Positions 1 to 9,587 of a stretch of 64,000 nt of DNA are shown piece by piece. Below the pieces are notes generated by a model. It made no database searches. It saw only the letters and a program-made list of their open reading frames with translations, and was not told the origin of the DNA. The DNA is from an uncultured delta proteobacterium (GTDB lineage: Bacteria > Myxococcota_A > Polyangia > Palsa-1104). Location: the NCBI GenBank assembly GCA_963785725.1, contig CAWAWS010000039.1:512001-576000 (forward strand), read 5' to 3'. Made by a program: the position numbers and the translations under genes. How positions within the stretch are numbered: position 1 is the first letter of the stretch; each line of letters opens with the position of its first letter.

Positions 1-82
1 AATCGGGGCGCAGGCAGATGCTTACGGCCGGGCGCGGCTTATAGTGGCGCGCGAGATCCCAACGTCGGATGCGGAGGAGCGG

Positions 83-2464
83 ATGAGCAAGCTCGACCCG
101 GCACGTGCGCAGGCGATCCAGCGCTACTGGAGCGCGGCGAACTATCTGACCGTCGGACAGATCTATCTACGCGAGAACGCGCTCTTGAAGGAGCCACTGC
201 AGCCCGCGCACATCAAGCCGCGCCTGCTCGGCCATTGGGGCACGTCGCCGGGCTTGAGCTTCATCTACGCGCATCTCAACCGGTTGATACAGGACAGCGA
301 CGCCAAGCTGATCTACTTGACGGGGCCGGGACATGGCGGTCCGGCGATCGTCGCCAACGTCTACCTGGAAGGCACCTACTCCGAGATCTACCCGCACGTG
401 TCGCCGGACGCGGCGGGCATGCGGCGGCTGTTTCGCCAGTTTTCGACGCCGGGCGGCGTGCCCAGCCACGTCAGCGTGCCGACGCCGGGCTCGATCCACG
501 AAGGCGGCGAGCTCGGCTACGTGTTGGCGCACGCCTTCGGCGCCGTCTTCGACAATCCCGACTTGCTCGCGGTCGCCGTCGTCGGCGATGGCGAGGCCGA
601 GACCGGGCCGCTCGAAGGCTCGTGGAAGAGCGTCAAGTTCTTGAACGCCGCGCGCGACGGCGCCGTGCTGCCGATTCTGCATCTGAACGGCTACAAGATC
701 TCCGGTCCGACGGTGCTCGGGCGCGACGAAGACGGCGACGTCGCCCGGCTGCTCGAGGCGCACGGCTACGACGTTCACTTCGTGCAAGGTCCGACGCCCA
801 GCGGCGACGCGATGCCGCTGCATCTCGCGTTCGCCGAGACGCTCGACGTCTGCTACGGCAAGATCCGCGCGATCCAGACCGAGGCGCGCCGTCACGGCTT
901 CGACAAGCAGCCGCGCTGGCCGGCGATCGTCCTGCGCACGCCCAAAGGTTGGACGGGCCCCGACATCGTCGACGGCGTGCAGGTGCAAGGCACGTTTCGC
1001 GCGCATCAGGTGCCGCTGGCCAACGTCAAGACGAACGCCGATCATCTGGCGCAGCTCGACGCCTGGATGCGCAGCTATCGCCCCGACGAGCTGTTCGATC
1101 GCAACGGTCGGCTGGTGCCGGAGTTGGCCGCGCTGGCGCCGGCGGGCGAGCGCCGCATGGGCGCGACGCCGCACGCCAACGGCGGCAAGCTGGTGCGCGC
1201 GCTCGAGCTGCCCGATTGGCGCAGCTACGCGCTGCCGGTGGCGCGGCCGGCGACTCAGCGCGCCGAGTCGACGCGCCAGCTGGGCCAGCTCATGCGCGAC
1301 CTGTACGCGCAAAAACACGACAACTTCCGCCTCTTTTGCCCCGACGAGACCAACTCCAATCGCCTCGGCGACGTCTTTACCGTCGAGAACCGCTGCTCGA
1401 CGGGCGTGGTCACGGCGAACGACGATCACGTCTCGCCCGATGGTCGCGTCATGGAAGTGCTGAGCGAGCATCTGTGCCAAGGCTGGCTCGAAGGCTATGT
1501 GTTGACCGGTCGCCACGGCCTCTTCGCGACATACGAGGCCTTCGCGATGGTGTCGGCGTCGATGACGGTGCAGCACACGAAGTGGCTCGAAGAGGCGCGC
1601 AAGCTCGATTGGCGCGTGCCGATTCCGTCGCTGAACATCCTGTTGACGTCGACCTGTTGGCGCAACGATCACAACGGCTTTTCGCACCAAGGGCCGGGCC
1701 TCATCGACGTCGTCCTCGGCATGAAAGGCACCGTCGCGCGCATCTATCTGCCGCCCGACGCCAACTGCTTGTTGTCGGTGGCCGATCACTGCTTCCGCAG
1801 CCGCGACTACGTCAACTTGATCGTCATCGACAAGCAGCCCGAGCTGCAGTGGCTCGACGCCGAGGCCGCGGCCAAACATTGCGCCGCCGGCGCGTCCGTC
1901 TGGGACTGGGCTGGCAACGAGCACGCGGGCCTGTCGCCGAGCGCGGCCGAGCGCGAGCCCGACGTCGTCCTCGCTGCGGCCGGTGATACGCCGACGCTGG
2001 AGATCGTCGCCGCCGCCTGGCTCTTGCGCACGCACGCGCCGTCGCTGCGCGTGCGCGTCGTCAACGTCGTCGACTTGATGTGCCTCTATCCCGCGGTCTT
2101 GCATCCGCATGGCCTCGACGAGCAGCGCTTCTTGACGCTGTTCACGGCCACGAAGCCGATCGTGTTCGCCTTCCACGGCTATTCGCGCGAGATCCACGCC
2201 ATCGTCCACGGCCGCACGCACGCCGAGCGCTTCCACGTGCGCGGCTTCGCCGAGGAGGGCACGACGACGACGCCCTTCGACATGGTCGTGCGCAACAAGA
2301 TGAGCCGCTTTCACTTGGTCATGGAAGCCTTGCGCCGCGCCAATTACGAGCAGGCCGGCCCCTTGATCGAGTGGTGCCAGAACATGTTGGCGCAGCACGA
2401 AGCCTACGTCCGCGAGCACGGCGAGGATCTGCCCGAGATCCGCGACTGGTCCTGGAGCGACTGA
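83..2464 (+). CDS. xfp: Xylulose-5-phosphate/fructose-6-phosphate phosphoketolase
   Basis: Motifs LLGHWGTSPG, GPGHG, HEGGELGY, TPP-binding GDGEAETG and DHNGFSHQ. ATG at 83 follows GGAGGAG; the ORF track starts at 44. Confidence 0.96.
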   Translation: MSKLDPARAQAIQRYWSAANYLTVGQIYLRENALLKEPLQPAHIKPRLLGHWGTSPGLSFIYAHLNRLIQDSDAKLIYLTGPGHGGPAIVANVYLEGTYSEIYPHVSPDAAGMRRLFRQFSTPGGVPSHVSVPTPGSIHEGGELGYVLAHAFGAVFDNPDLLAVAVVGDGEAETGPLEGSWKSVKFLNAARDGAVLPILHLNGYKISGPTVLGRDEDGDVARLLEAHGYDVHFVQGPTPSGDAMPLHLAFAETLDVCYGKIRAIQTEARRHGFDKQPRWPAIVLRTPKGWTGPDIVDGVQVQGTFRAHQVPLANVKTNADHLAQLDAWMRSYRPDELFDRNGRLVPELAALAPAGERRMGATPHANGGKLVRALELPDWRSYALPVARPATQRAESTRQLGQLMRDLYAQKHDNFRLFCPDETNSNRLGDVFTVENRCSTGVVTANDDHVSPDGRVMEVLSEHLCQGWLEGYVLTGRHGLFATYEAFAMVSASMTVQHTKWLEEARKLDWRVPIPSLNILLTSTCWRNDHNGFSHQGPGLIDVVLGMKGTVARIYLPPDANCLLSVADHCFRSRDYVNLIVIDKQPELQWLDAEAAAKHCAAGASVWDWAGNEHAGLSPSAAEREPDVVLAAAGDTPTLEIVAAAWLLRTHAPSLRVRVVNVVDLMCLYPAVLHPHGLDEQRFLTLFTATKPIVFAFHGYSREIHAIVHGRTHAERFHVRGFAEEGTTTTPFDMVVRNKMSRFHLVMEALRRANYEQAGPLIEWCQNMLAQHEAYVREHGEDLPEIRDWSWSD

Positions 2465-2486
2465 TGTTCGCCGTTCGCGAGCGCGC

Positions 2487-3659
2487 ATGATCCTCGTCTG
2501 CAACGCCGGCTCGAGCAGCCTGAAATTAGGGCTCTACGACGACGACGCGCGCGAGACGGCGACGGGCGAGATCGACTGGAAGGCCGATCCGCACGCCGCC
2601 GAGCTCGTCATCGAGCGCGCCGGAGAGGCGCCGCAAAAGAGCCAACACGAGGTGCGCGACTTCCACGCCGCCGTCGACGTTGCGCTCGATGCGCTCGTCG
2701 GCAAAAACGAGCGCGCGCGGGTTCGCGCCGTCGGCCAGCGCGTCGTCCACGGCGGCAGTCGGCTCACCGAGAGCGTGCGCATCGACGACGAGGTGCGCCG
2801 CGAGATCGAGCGCATGGTCGCCGTGGCGCCGCTGCACAATCCGCCGGCGCTGCAAGCCATCGACGCCGTCACGCGCGCGCTGCCGGGCGTGCCGCAAGTG
2901 GCCGTGTTCGATACGTCGTTTTACGCCGCGCTGGCGCCGCCGCACTACGTCTTCCCGGTTCCGTACGCGTGGTTTACCGATTGGGGCGTCCGTCGCTTCG
3001 GCTTTCACGGCATCAGCCACGGCTACTGCGCCTTGCGCGCGCGCGAATTACTCGGCGGGCGCGACGATGTGCGGCTCATCAGCTGTCACCTCGGCAACGG
3101 CTGCTCGATCACGGCCACGCGCGGCGCCCGCGCCGTCGCCACGACGATGGGTTTCACGCCCATCGACGGCCTCATGATGGGCACGCGCGGCGGCGCCATC
3201 GATCCCGGCATCCTCTTGTACGTGCAAGCGCAGCGCGGCCTCGATGCGCACGCCCTCGACGCGGCGTTGAACCACGAGTCGGGCCTCAAGGGCGTGTCGG
3301 GCGTGTCGTCCGACTACCGCGAAGTGGAGGACGCGGCGAACGGCGGCCACGCGCGCGCGCGGCTGGCGCTCGACATTTACGCCGTGCGCGTGCGGCAGGC
3401 GATCGGCGCCATGGCCGTGACGCTCGGCGGCGTCGACGCGCTCGTCTTCACGGCCGGCGTCGGCGAGCATTCGGCGTCGCTGCGGCGCGCGGCCTGCGAA
3501 GGCCTGGCGTGCCTAGGCGTTCAGCTCGATGCGACGGCGAACGAGAGCGGCCGCGGCGATCGCGACGTCGCGACGACGGCGAGCGGCGCCCGCATCCTCG
3601 TGTTGCACACGCGCGAGGAGCTAATGATCGCCCGCGAGACCAAGCGGCTGGTCGCCTGA
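2487..3659 (+). CDS. ackA: Acetate/propionate kinase
   Basis: ILVCNAGSSSLK, RVVHGG, PLHNP, VFDTSF, RFGFHGISH, HLGNGCS, MGTRGG and FTAGVGE motifs; directly downstream of xfp. Confidence 0.96.
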   Translation: MILVCNAGSSSLKLGLYDDDARETATGEIDWKADPHAAELVIERAGEAPQKSQHEVRDFHAAVDVALDALVGKNERARVRAVGQRVVHGGSRLTESVRIDDEVRREIERMVAVAPLHNPPALQAIDAVTRALPGVPQVAVFDTSFYAALAPPHYVFPVPYAWFTDWGVRRFGFHGISHGYCALRARELLGGRDDVRLISCHLGNGCSITATRGARAVATTMGFTPIDGLMMGTRGGAIDPGILLYVQAQRGLDAHALDAALNHESGLKGVSGVSSDYREVEDAANGGHARARLALDIYAVRVRQAIGAMAVTLGGVDALVFTAGVGEHSASLRRAACEGLACLGVQLDATANESGRGDRDVATTASGARILVLHTREELMIARETKRLVA

Positions 3660-3675
3660 TCGCCGGCGCCGCACG

Positions 3676-4185
3676 TCAGAGCCACGGCAGCGCCAAGTAG
3701 CCTTTGTGCACGAAGCGCCACTCGACCCAGTCGTTGTCGCGCAGGCCGAGCGCGGCGAAGGTCGCGTCCGACAAGTCGATGCCGGCGCGGTTCGACGGCG
3801 CGCGAAAGGCGCCCACTTTGCGCTCGGCGGCCGGCCGGCGATCGCTGGCCCAATAGTCGTCGCTGACGTTCCACGGCCCGACGTCGAGCACGGGCACGAC
3901 GATCGCCCGCTGCCGATAGCGCACCTCGACGTGCTTGCCGAGCGCTTTGGGATGCGGCAGCGCCACGAACAGCGAATCGCGCGCGATGACGTAGCCCGTC
4001 GACGTGCGCTTGCCGATCTCGCCTTCGCGCGTCGCATAGACGCGCTGCCACGCGCTCGGCTCGAGCCCGGCGCGCACCGCCAAGACGACGAGCACGGCCA
4101 GCACCGCGCCGAAGACGACGCTGGGGCCGCCGACGCGCTGCTGCCATCTCGATAGTCTGCCGGCTTTGCGTCGCTTCCGCGCCAT
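3676..4185 (-). CDS. Membrane-anchored protein with RlpA/expansin-like double-psi beta-barrel domain
   Basis: Basic N-terminus and one TM segment, then FVALP...VEVRY...VPVLDVGPWN...GIDLSDATF, typical of DPBB domains. Confidence 0.6.
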   Translation of the reverse strand: MARKRRKAGRLSRWQQRVGGPSVVFGAVLAVLVVLAVRAGLEPSAWQRVYATREGEIGKRTSTGYVIARDSLFVALPHPKALGKHVEVRYRQRAIVVPVLDVGPWNVSDDYWASDRRPAAERKVGAFRAPSNRAGIDLSDATFAALGLRDNDWVEWRFVHKGYLALPWL

Positions 4186-4208
4186 GTCCGTGCGCGCAGC
4201 ATACCGAC

Positions 4209-4246
4209 GGATTCGCGCGCGAAGCGACAAATTCGCGCGCGAATCC
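4209..4246. terminator. 15-bp perfect hairpin with self-palindromic arms, downstream of the thiolase
   Basis: GGATTCGCGCGCGAA (4209-4223) pairs with TTCGCGCGCGAATCC (4232-4246). Confidence 0.5.
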
Positions 4247-4258
4247 CGGTCGCGCCGT

Positions 4259-5536
4259 TCAGGTCTGCAGCAGCGCCACCGTGCCCACGCCGCCGTCGGC
4301 GCAGATCGAGACGATGGCGCGCGACCCCTTTTCCATCGCCGCCAGCTCTTTGATCGCCTGGCTCAGGATGCGCGCGCCGGTCGCGCCGAACGGATGGCCG
4401 AGCGCGACGCTGCCGCCGTTGGGGTTGATGCGCTCGCGCGGCACCTGCCCGAGCGCGACGTCGACGTTGGCTTTGTCGCGCAAGAACTGCGGCGATTCCA
4501 GCGCCTTCAGTTGATAGAGCACTTGCGCCGCGAAGGCTTCGTGGATCTCCCACAAATGAACGTCGCTATAGGTGAGGCTGTTACGCGCCAACAAACGCGG
4601 GATCGAATAAGCGGGCGCCATCAATAAACCCTCTTTATAGATGTCGACGGCGCCGCATTCGAAGTCGACCAGTCGCGCTCGCGGCGTCGCGTCCGACAGG
4701 CGCTTCAGGCCCGCTTCGCTCGCCACCCACACCGCGGCCGCGCCGTCGGTGAGCGGCGACGAGTTGCCGGCCGTCGCCGAGCCTTGGCCGTTGGGCCCGA
4801 AGAACGCGGGCTTGAGCTTCGCCAGCGCCGCCAGCGTGCTGCCCGGCCGCGGAAACGCGTCATGATCGACGCCATCGACGGGCACGATGAGGTCGGTGAA
4901 GAAGCCGCGCGCCTGTCCGGCGACGGCGCGCAGATGGCTCTGCAGCGCCCACTCGTCCTGCTCGACGCGACCGATATTCCACTCCTGCGCCGTCTCTTCC
5001 GAATGCTGACCCATGCTCTTGCCGGTCGCGCGATTCTTGATCGACTGCAGCTGCAGCCGCACGTCGCCGAGCGGCAGCTGCTGCACGAGCTGCGCGCGCT
5101 GCGACCAGCTGCGCGCTTGCACGAGGCGCCGCAGCCAATCGGACAGGGGCTGCGTCAATCCGACCTGCACGTGGCTCATGCTCTCGACGCCGCCGGCCAG
5201 CGCCAAGTCGCCGACGCCGCGGCCGAGGATGCCCGCCAAATCGAACGCCGCCATCATGCTCGTCGAGCACTGCATGATGACGGTCGACGTCGGCACCGTC
5301 GGGTCGAGCCCTGAGTCGAGCCACGTCTCGCGCGCCAAGTTGCTCCATTGCAGGCTGGGAATGACGCTGCCCCACATCGCCTGATCGATGCGCCCCGACG
5401 CCGCCACTCGCTGCGCCATCGCCTTCAAGACGGGCACGCCGAGCGCAATGGCGTCGCGCGCGGCCAGTCCGCCGTCGACCCGTGTGAACGGCGTGCGCAC
5501 ACCCGCGGCCAGCCAGATCGGTCTATCGGTGCTCAT
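4259..5536 (-). CDS. Acetyl-CoA C-acyltransferase (thiolase, FadI-like)
   Basis: GVRTPF, catalytic Cys in MQCSTS, AGGVESMS, TAGNSSPLTDGAA, WEIHEAFAAQV, NPNGGSVALGHPFGATG and SICADGG. Confidence 0.93.
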   Translation of the reverse strand: MSTDRPIWLAAGVRTPFTRVDGGLAARDAIALGVPVLKAMAQRVAASGRIDQAMWGSVIPSLQWSNLARETWLDSGLDPTVPTSTVIMQCSTSMMAAFDLAGILGRGVGDLALAGGVESMSHVQVGLTQPLSDWLRRLVQARSWSQRAQLVQQLPLGDVRLQLQSIKNRATGKSMGQHSEETAQEWNIGRVEQDEWALQSHLRAVAGQARGFFTDLIVPVDGVDHDAFPRPGSTLAALAKLKPAFFGPNGQGSATAGNSSPLTDGAAAVWVASEAGLKRLSDATPRARLVDFECGAVDIYKEGLLMAPAYSIPRLLARNSLTYSDVHLWEIHEAFAAQVLYQLKALESPQFLRDKANVDVALGQVPRERINPNGGSVALGHPFGATGARILSQAIKELAAMEKGSRAIVSICADGGVGTVALLQT

Positions 5537-5781
5537 CCTCGTCTCCTCGTTCGCAAATGGGGGCGCGCCAGAATACGTCGAACCGGCGCGCGCGCAGCGT
5601 GTAAATCCGGCGCGAAATCGCCGCCAAACCGCCGATCAACGGAGCGGCGCGGGCGACGTGGCATCTGTGACACGATGCCGCGGCGGCGCGATTCGTTACG
5701 TCGCCGAGTCGCGAGATCCCCCGGTTTTACTCGGGTGAAATCCGCTGGCGCGGCGCGAACACCGACCGCATAAGAGCGATC

Positions 5782-6420
5782 ATGACCCGCCGCGATCGCG
5801 TGACCATTGGGCTGCTCGCCTTCTTCCTGCTCGCCGCAGCGACGATCGAGCTGTACTTCCTCGTCTTCCACGCCGACTTGCCGGCGCGCACCCAGACGCA
5901 GCTCTTCGCGCGCGGGTTTCGCCTGTACAGCATCGCCGACCGCGGCTTCTACGATCCGGTGTCACCGCTGGCCTTGGCGTTCGAAGGCCTCAACGTCTTC
6001 CTCATGCAGCCGCTGTGTGCGCTGCTGATCTACGCGATCGCGCGCGATCGCTCGTATCGCTGGCCGCTGCAGCTCGGCATCGGCGCCTATCTCGCCATCT
6101 CGGTCGTGCTCTATTACGCGATCGGCATCATCGGCGGTTACGACGCCATGCCGGTGCGCACGACGAACGCGTATCTGCTGTTTTACGGCGCCAATCTGCC
6201 GTGGATGCTGACCTACGGCTGGCTGGCGATCGACGCCGGCGCCGTCATCGCGCGCGCCTTCGCCGATGCGCCGGCGCTGACGGCGCTGACGACGACGAAG
6301 CCGGCGCCGATCGCGATCGAGTTGCCGGCGCTGTCAGACGACGAAGACGAAGCGCAGCTCGTCGTCGTGCAGGCCGCCAGCGCGCCCGACGCGCCGTCGA
6401 ACGCCGGGCACACGCGATAA
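5782..6420 (+). CDS. EXPERA / emopamil-binding (sterol isomerase-like) membrane protein
   Basis: 4-5 TM segments with IELYF, YSIADRGF, AFEGLN, RWPLQL, VLYY and GANLPW, matching EBP/EXPERA signatures. Confidence 0.7.
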   Translation: MTRRDRVTIGLLAFFLLAAATIELYFLVFHADLPARTQTQLFARGFRLYSIADRGFYDPVSPLALAFEGLNVFLMQPLCALLIYAIARDRSYRWPLQLGIGAYLAISVVLYYAIGIIGGYDAMPVRTTNAYLLFYGANLPWMLTYGWLAIDAGAVIARAFADAPALTALTTTKPAPIAIELPALSDDEDEAQLVVVQAASAPDAPSNAGHTR

Positions 6421-6458
6421 CCGGCACGCATTGGATGCTTACCGCCGCGCAATAGTGA

Positions 6459-6624
6459 CTAGTACCTCGCCACAGTGATTTTGATGGGTCCCCGGCGAGG
6501 ATTCGGGGTTCAGGGCGAGGCGCGACGACGAAGGAATACTGTTTGTATTTCGGGGAGGATCAACGAAGCCATGGACGTCGAAGACCGGCGCGGACCGGTC
6601 GAAATCACTGTGGCGAGGTACTAG
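6459..6624. mobile_element. MITE-like palindromic element (166 bp, 23-bp perfect terminal inverted repeats, CTAG ends)
   Basis: CTAGTACCTCGCCACAGTGATTT (6459-6481) and AAATCACTGTGGCGAGGTACTAG (6602-6624). Imperfect internal pairing continues to a central GGAATAC-tgttt-GTATTTC hairpin. No transposase inside. Confidence 0.8.
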
Positions 6625-6665
6625 ACGCGCTGCACATTTCGCGTTCGCGCAGTAAGCTCGGCGAA

Positions 6666-7223
6666 ATGTCGCGCTTCGTGCTCCTCGGGTTGCTGGTGGC
6701 CGCCGGCTGCGGCGACAAAGCGCCGGCGCGTCACGGCCCGTCCGCCGACCTCGGCGTCCCCGAGGAGCCGCCCGATCTGACGCCGCCGCGCGACTTCTTC
6801 GTCGGCCGCTACAGCTGCAAACAATCGATCGACGACTTCTGCGCCATGGCCGTCTGCGTGCGTGATCTGTCGCAAGCCTTGAAGCCCGACGCCGGCTGCA
6901 TCGGCTTCGGCATGGTCGCCAACTCCTGCGGCAGCTACGTCTACATCGACCAGTATTTCGGCCCGCTCGACAGCGACGGCGGCATCGTCACGCTCGGGCG
7001 CATCTTCGTCTACGACATCGCCAGCGGTCAGCTCGTCGCCGTCTTGGACGGCAGCTCGAGCGGCACCGCGACCTGTGTGGCCGGCCCCAACGTCTTCATC
7101 GACGACGAGCTCGTGCATTGTCCGACCGACGCCGGCACGCCGCAGCAGATCTGCGCCAGCTTCCCGGGCGCGCCGCCGCCGTGCGGCGCTTTGGGCGGCG
7201 TCCACGGCGACAAATGCTCCTGA
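6666..7223 (+). CDS. Cys-rich lipoprotein of unknown function
   Basis: Signal peptide with lipobox (MSRFVLLGLLVAAG-C), Pro/Asp linker and multiple Cys. The ORF-track start at 6543 lies inside the MITE. Confidence 0.7.
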   Translation: MSRFVLLGLLVAAGCGDKAPARHGPSADLGVPEEPPDLTPPRDFFVGRYSCKQSIDDFCAMAVCVRDLSQALKPDAGCIGFGMVANSCGSYVYIDQYFGPLDSDGGIVTLGRIFVYDIASGQLVAVLDGSSSGTATCVAGPNVFIDDELVHCPTDAGTPQQICASFPGAPPPCGALGGVHGDKCS

Positions 7224-7347
7224 ATCGCCGGCGCTGACCGGCGCCGCGTCAGCCGCCGAATCCGTACCGCCCACGATGACTTAGCGATCGGGCGCGACGT
7301 TTGCCGCGCGCGAAATGATCTCCAAAAAAGGGTATGATCGCAGTCTG

Positions 7348-7608
7348 ATGGGGGATCCGCCCAAGGCGCGCGAGACGCCGATGGAAATGCTGCAGCGACG
7401 GCTCGCGCAGTACGTCGGCCCGCACACGGCGCGCCTGTCGCTCAAAGCGTTCGCCAACAAGCACTTCGGCGTCGCGCCCGCGGATCTGCCGGTGACGGCG
7501 GTGCCCGAGCTCATTCGCAGCTTGCGGCCGCTCTTGCGCTCCTTGCTCGGCGAAGTCGACAGCGAGCGGCTCTTGAAGCTGCTGCTCGCGGAGAACAACC
7601 AGTCATGA
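7348..7608 (+). CDS. Small helical cytoplasmic protein coupled to the downstream membrane protein
   Basis: About 86 aa of amphipathic helices; its stop overlaps the next start (ATGA at 7605-7608). Confidence 0.65.
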   Translation: MGDPPKARETPMEMLQRRLAQYVGPHTARLSLKAFANKHFGVAPADLPVTAVPELIRSLRPLLRSLLGEVDSERLLKLLLAENNQS

Positions 7609-8381
7609 AATACGCGCTGCTCGGTGGCGGCGTCGTCGCGTGCGCGCTGTTGGCGCTGGTCGCGTCGCTGACCTTCTCGCCGCCGCTGGCCGAATTCTTG
7701 TGCGTCATGAGCTACGGCTTGGCCTGCGTCATGGGACTCCTCAACGCCGCCAGCTACGCGCGCCACGATCGCCTGCGCTGGGCCTGGCTCTGCTTCGGCC
7801 TCGGCTACCTGTTCGGCTTCAGCTCCGCCGTCGCCTTCGGCACGCGCCCCGAAGCTGAGACGATGACGACGCTCGCCGTGACGCTGTGGAACGTCTGCGT
7901 CCTCTTGCTCAACGTCTTCTTGGTCGCGTCCGAAGCGTGGTTCGCGCGCATGTGGAGCGACACCGGCTTGGCGCCGCCGGGCCGCTTGGGCGCGACGATC
8001 GTCTTCCTCGCGCTCGCGCTCGTCTTCGACGGCAAAGCCGCGCTCACCGACCTCACGCTGCTCAGCCACGGCAGCATTCGCGCGCTCAGCGACTTCATCT
8101 CGCTCGCCGCCGACATCACCAGCATCGCCCTCGTGGGCCCGATCTTCGCCACCGTCATCGCGCTGCGCGGCGGCCTCTTGGTGCGCCCGTGGATCTTCTT
8201 GTTCCTGAGCTCGTTCACCTGGCTGCTCGACGACGCCACGGTGCTCCTGCCGCATCACGCCGCCGCGGCCGATCTGATTCACGCGCGTCTTGGCCGTGCA
8301 GCTCGCGTTCGCGGCCGCGATGTCGCAGCGGCTGGTGCGCGCCGATCTCTCGCGCAGCTCGCGCGCGACTTGCCGCAGTAA
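7605..8381 (+). CDS. Multi-pass (7-8 TM) membrane protein, sensor-domain-like; probable local frameshift near 8278
   Basis: Seven hydrophobic segments and a GGLLVRPW motif. An eighth TM (ITRVLAVQLAFAAAMSQR) appears if one T at 8278/8279 is removed. Confidence 0.65.
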   Translation: MKYALLGGGVVACALLALVASLTFSPPLAEFLCVMSYGLACVMGLLNAASYARHDRLRWAWLCFGLGYLFGFSSAVAFGTRPEAETMTTLAVTLWNVCVLLLNVFLVASEAWFARMWSDTGLAPPGRLGATIVFLALALVFDGKAALTDLTLLSHGSIRALSDFISLAADITSIALVGPIFATVIALRGGLLVRPWIFLFLSSFTWLLDDATVLLPHHAAAADLIHARLGRAARVRGRDVAAAGARRSLAQLARDLPQ

Positions 8382-8384
8382 CGC

Positions 8385-9587
8385 TTACAGCTGCTTCATC
8401 TTCGCGTCGAGCCAGTCGAAGATGCGCTCGTGATAGAGCCCGCGATTGCCCATCGCGCAGTGCTCGCCGGCGCCCTCCTCGCGCGTCAACCGCAGGTACT
8501 GCTTGTCGCACGCGAGCCGCTCGTAAAACTCGCGCGCCTGCGCCGCGATGTCGTCGTCGGCCGCGTCGCACACCAGCGTCGGGCAGCGAATGTCGCCCAC
8601 GATCGCCGTCTGATCGTAGCGCGCGGCATCGACGATGTAATCCCACGGCGACGCCACGCCGTGCACGAGCATGCCGCGACGCAGCGCCCAGCCCGCCGTC
8701 GGACGCTTGGCCATGCGCGCAATCGCCGGTCGCAGTAAGCGCACGAGCCAGCGCGGTCCATGCGGCAGCTGCGCCTTCCACGACCGCGGCAGCGGCAGAC
8801 GCGACGAGATCGCGCGAAACAGCGCCAGCTGCGCCGGATCGAGAACGCACGCGGCGATGCGCGGGTCACGCGCCGCCGCGCCCGGCACGAGATAGCCGCC
8901 CCAGCTCTCGCCGATGACGACGATGCGGCGCGCGTCGACGTCGGGCCGCGCGGCGACGGCGTCGATGACCGCGGACAGCGCGCGATGCCAATCGGGCCGA
9001 AAGGCGACGACCTCGCGCCCGAACAGCAGCGCGCCTTGGCCCGGTCCGTCGAAGATGACGCAATGATAGCCGCGCGAATTGGCCGCCACCGCGTTGAAGA
9101 AGTAGGACTCCTCGGCCGTGCTGTCGTAACCGCCGACCGAGATCACGAGCGGCCGCCGCGTCTCGTCGACGGCGCAAAAGTAGCCGGGCAGCGTCTCGCC
9201 CGCGAAGTCGATCGCCAAGGGCTCGAGCGGCCGCGCCATCGACTGCGCCGCGAGCGCGAACGCCTGCCGATGCTGCCGATAGGCGACGCGCGCCAGCTCC
9301 GGCAGCGGCGCTTCCAAGTGAAAGACATAAGCCGTGCGGTAGTAGTTCGACGCGCGTAAATACGCGCGCTCCGCGCTCTTGCGATGGCCGGCGGCGGCGC
9401 TGGCGGCGGCGGCGGCGAACGTGCGATCGGCGAGCGCCATCCAGCCGCGATACCAGCTGTCGCGCGCGCCGTTTTCGATGGTGGCGGCCGCCGCCAAACA
9501 TTCGCCGATCTCGCTGCCGCCGTACGGCGCGTGGCCGATGGCGCGCAGCAGCTGCGCGTCGTAGAGCGCGTCCGCAAACGCGATCAC
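8385..9587 (-). CDS. Alpha/beta hydrolase (dipeptidyl aminopeptidase / 2,6-dihydroxy-pseudo-oxynicotine hydrolase-like)
   Basis: GGSEIGEC, AYLRASNYYRTA, GGYDSTAEE, FDGPGQG, nucleophile GESWGG and GAGEHC. GTG start at 9587 overlaps the MarR stop. Confidence 0.88.
   Translation of the reverse strand: MIAFADALYDAQLLRAIGHAPYGGSEIGECLAAAATIENGARDSWYRGWMALADRTFAAAAASAAAGHRKSAERAYLRASNYYRTAYVFHLEAPLPELARVAYRQHRQAFALAAQSMARPLEPLAIDFAGETLPGYFCAVDETRRPLVISVGGYDSTAEESYFFNAVAANSRGYHCVIFDGPGQGALLFGREVVAFRPDWHRALSAVIDAVAARPDVDARRIVVIGESWGGYLVPGAAARDPRIAACVLDPAQLALFRAISSRLPLPRSWKAQLPHGPRWLVRLLRPAIARMAKRPTAGWALRRGMLVHGVASPWDYIVDAARYDQTAIVGDIRCPTLVCDAADDDIAAQAREFYERLACDKQYLRLTREEGAGEHCAMGNRGLYHERIFDWLDAKMKQL

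Noticed and set aside
167..2503. Very long antisense and alternate-frame ORFs (e.g. 167-2503, 46600-48822, 48540-52091, 55412-58330)
   Set aside because: These are shadow ORFs caused by high GC3 codon bias. They are Arg/Ala-rich, lack motifs and overlap well-supported genes.
6543..6665. N-terminal extension of the lipoprotein ORF
   Set aside because: It starts inside the MITE; the signal peptide begins at ATG 6666.
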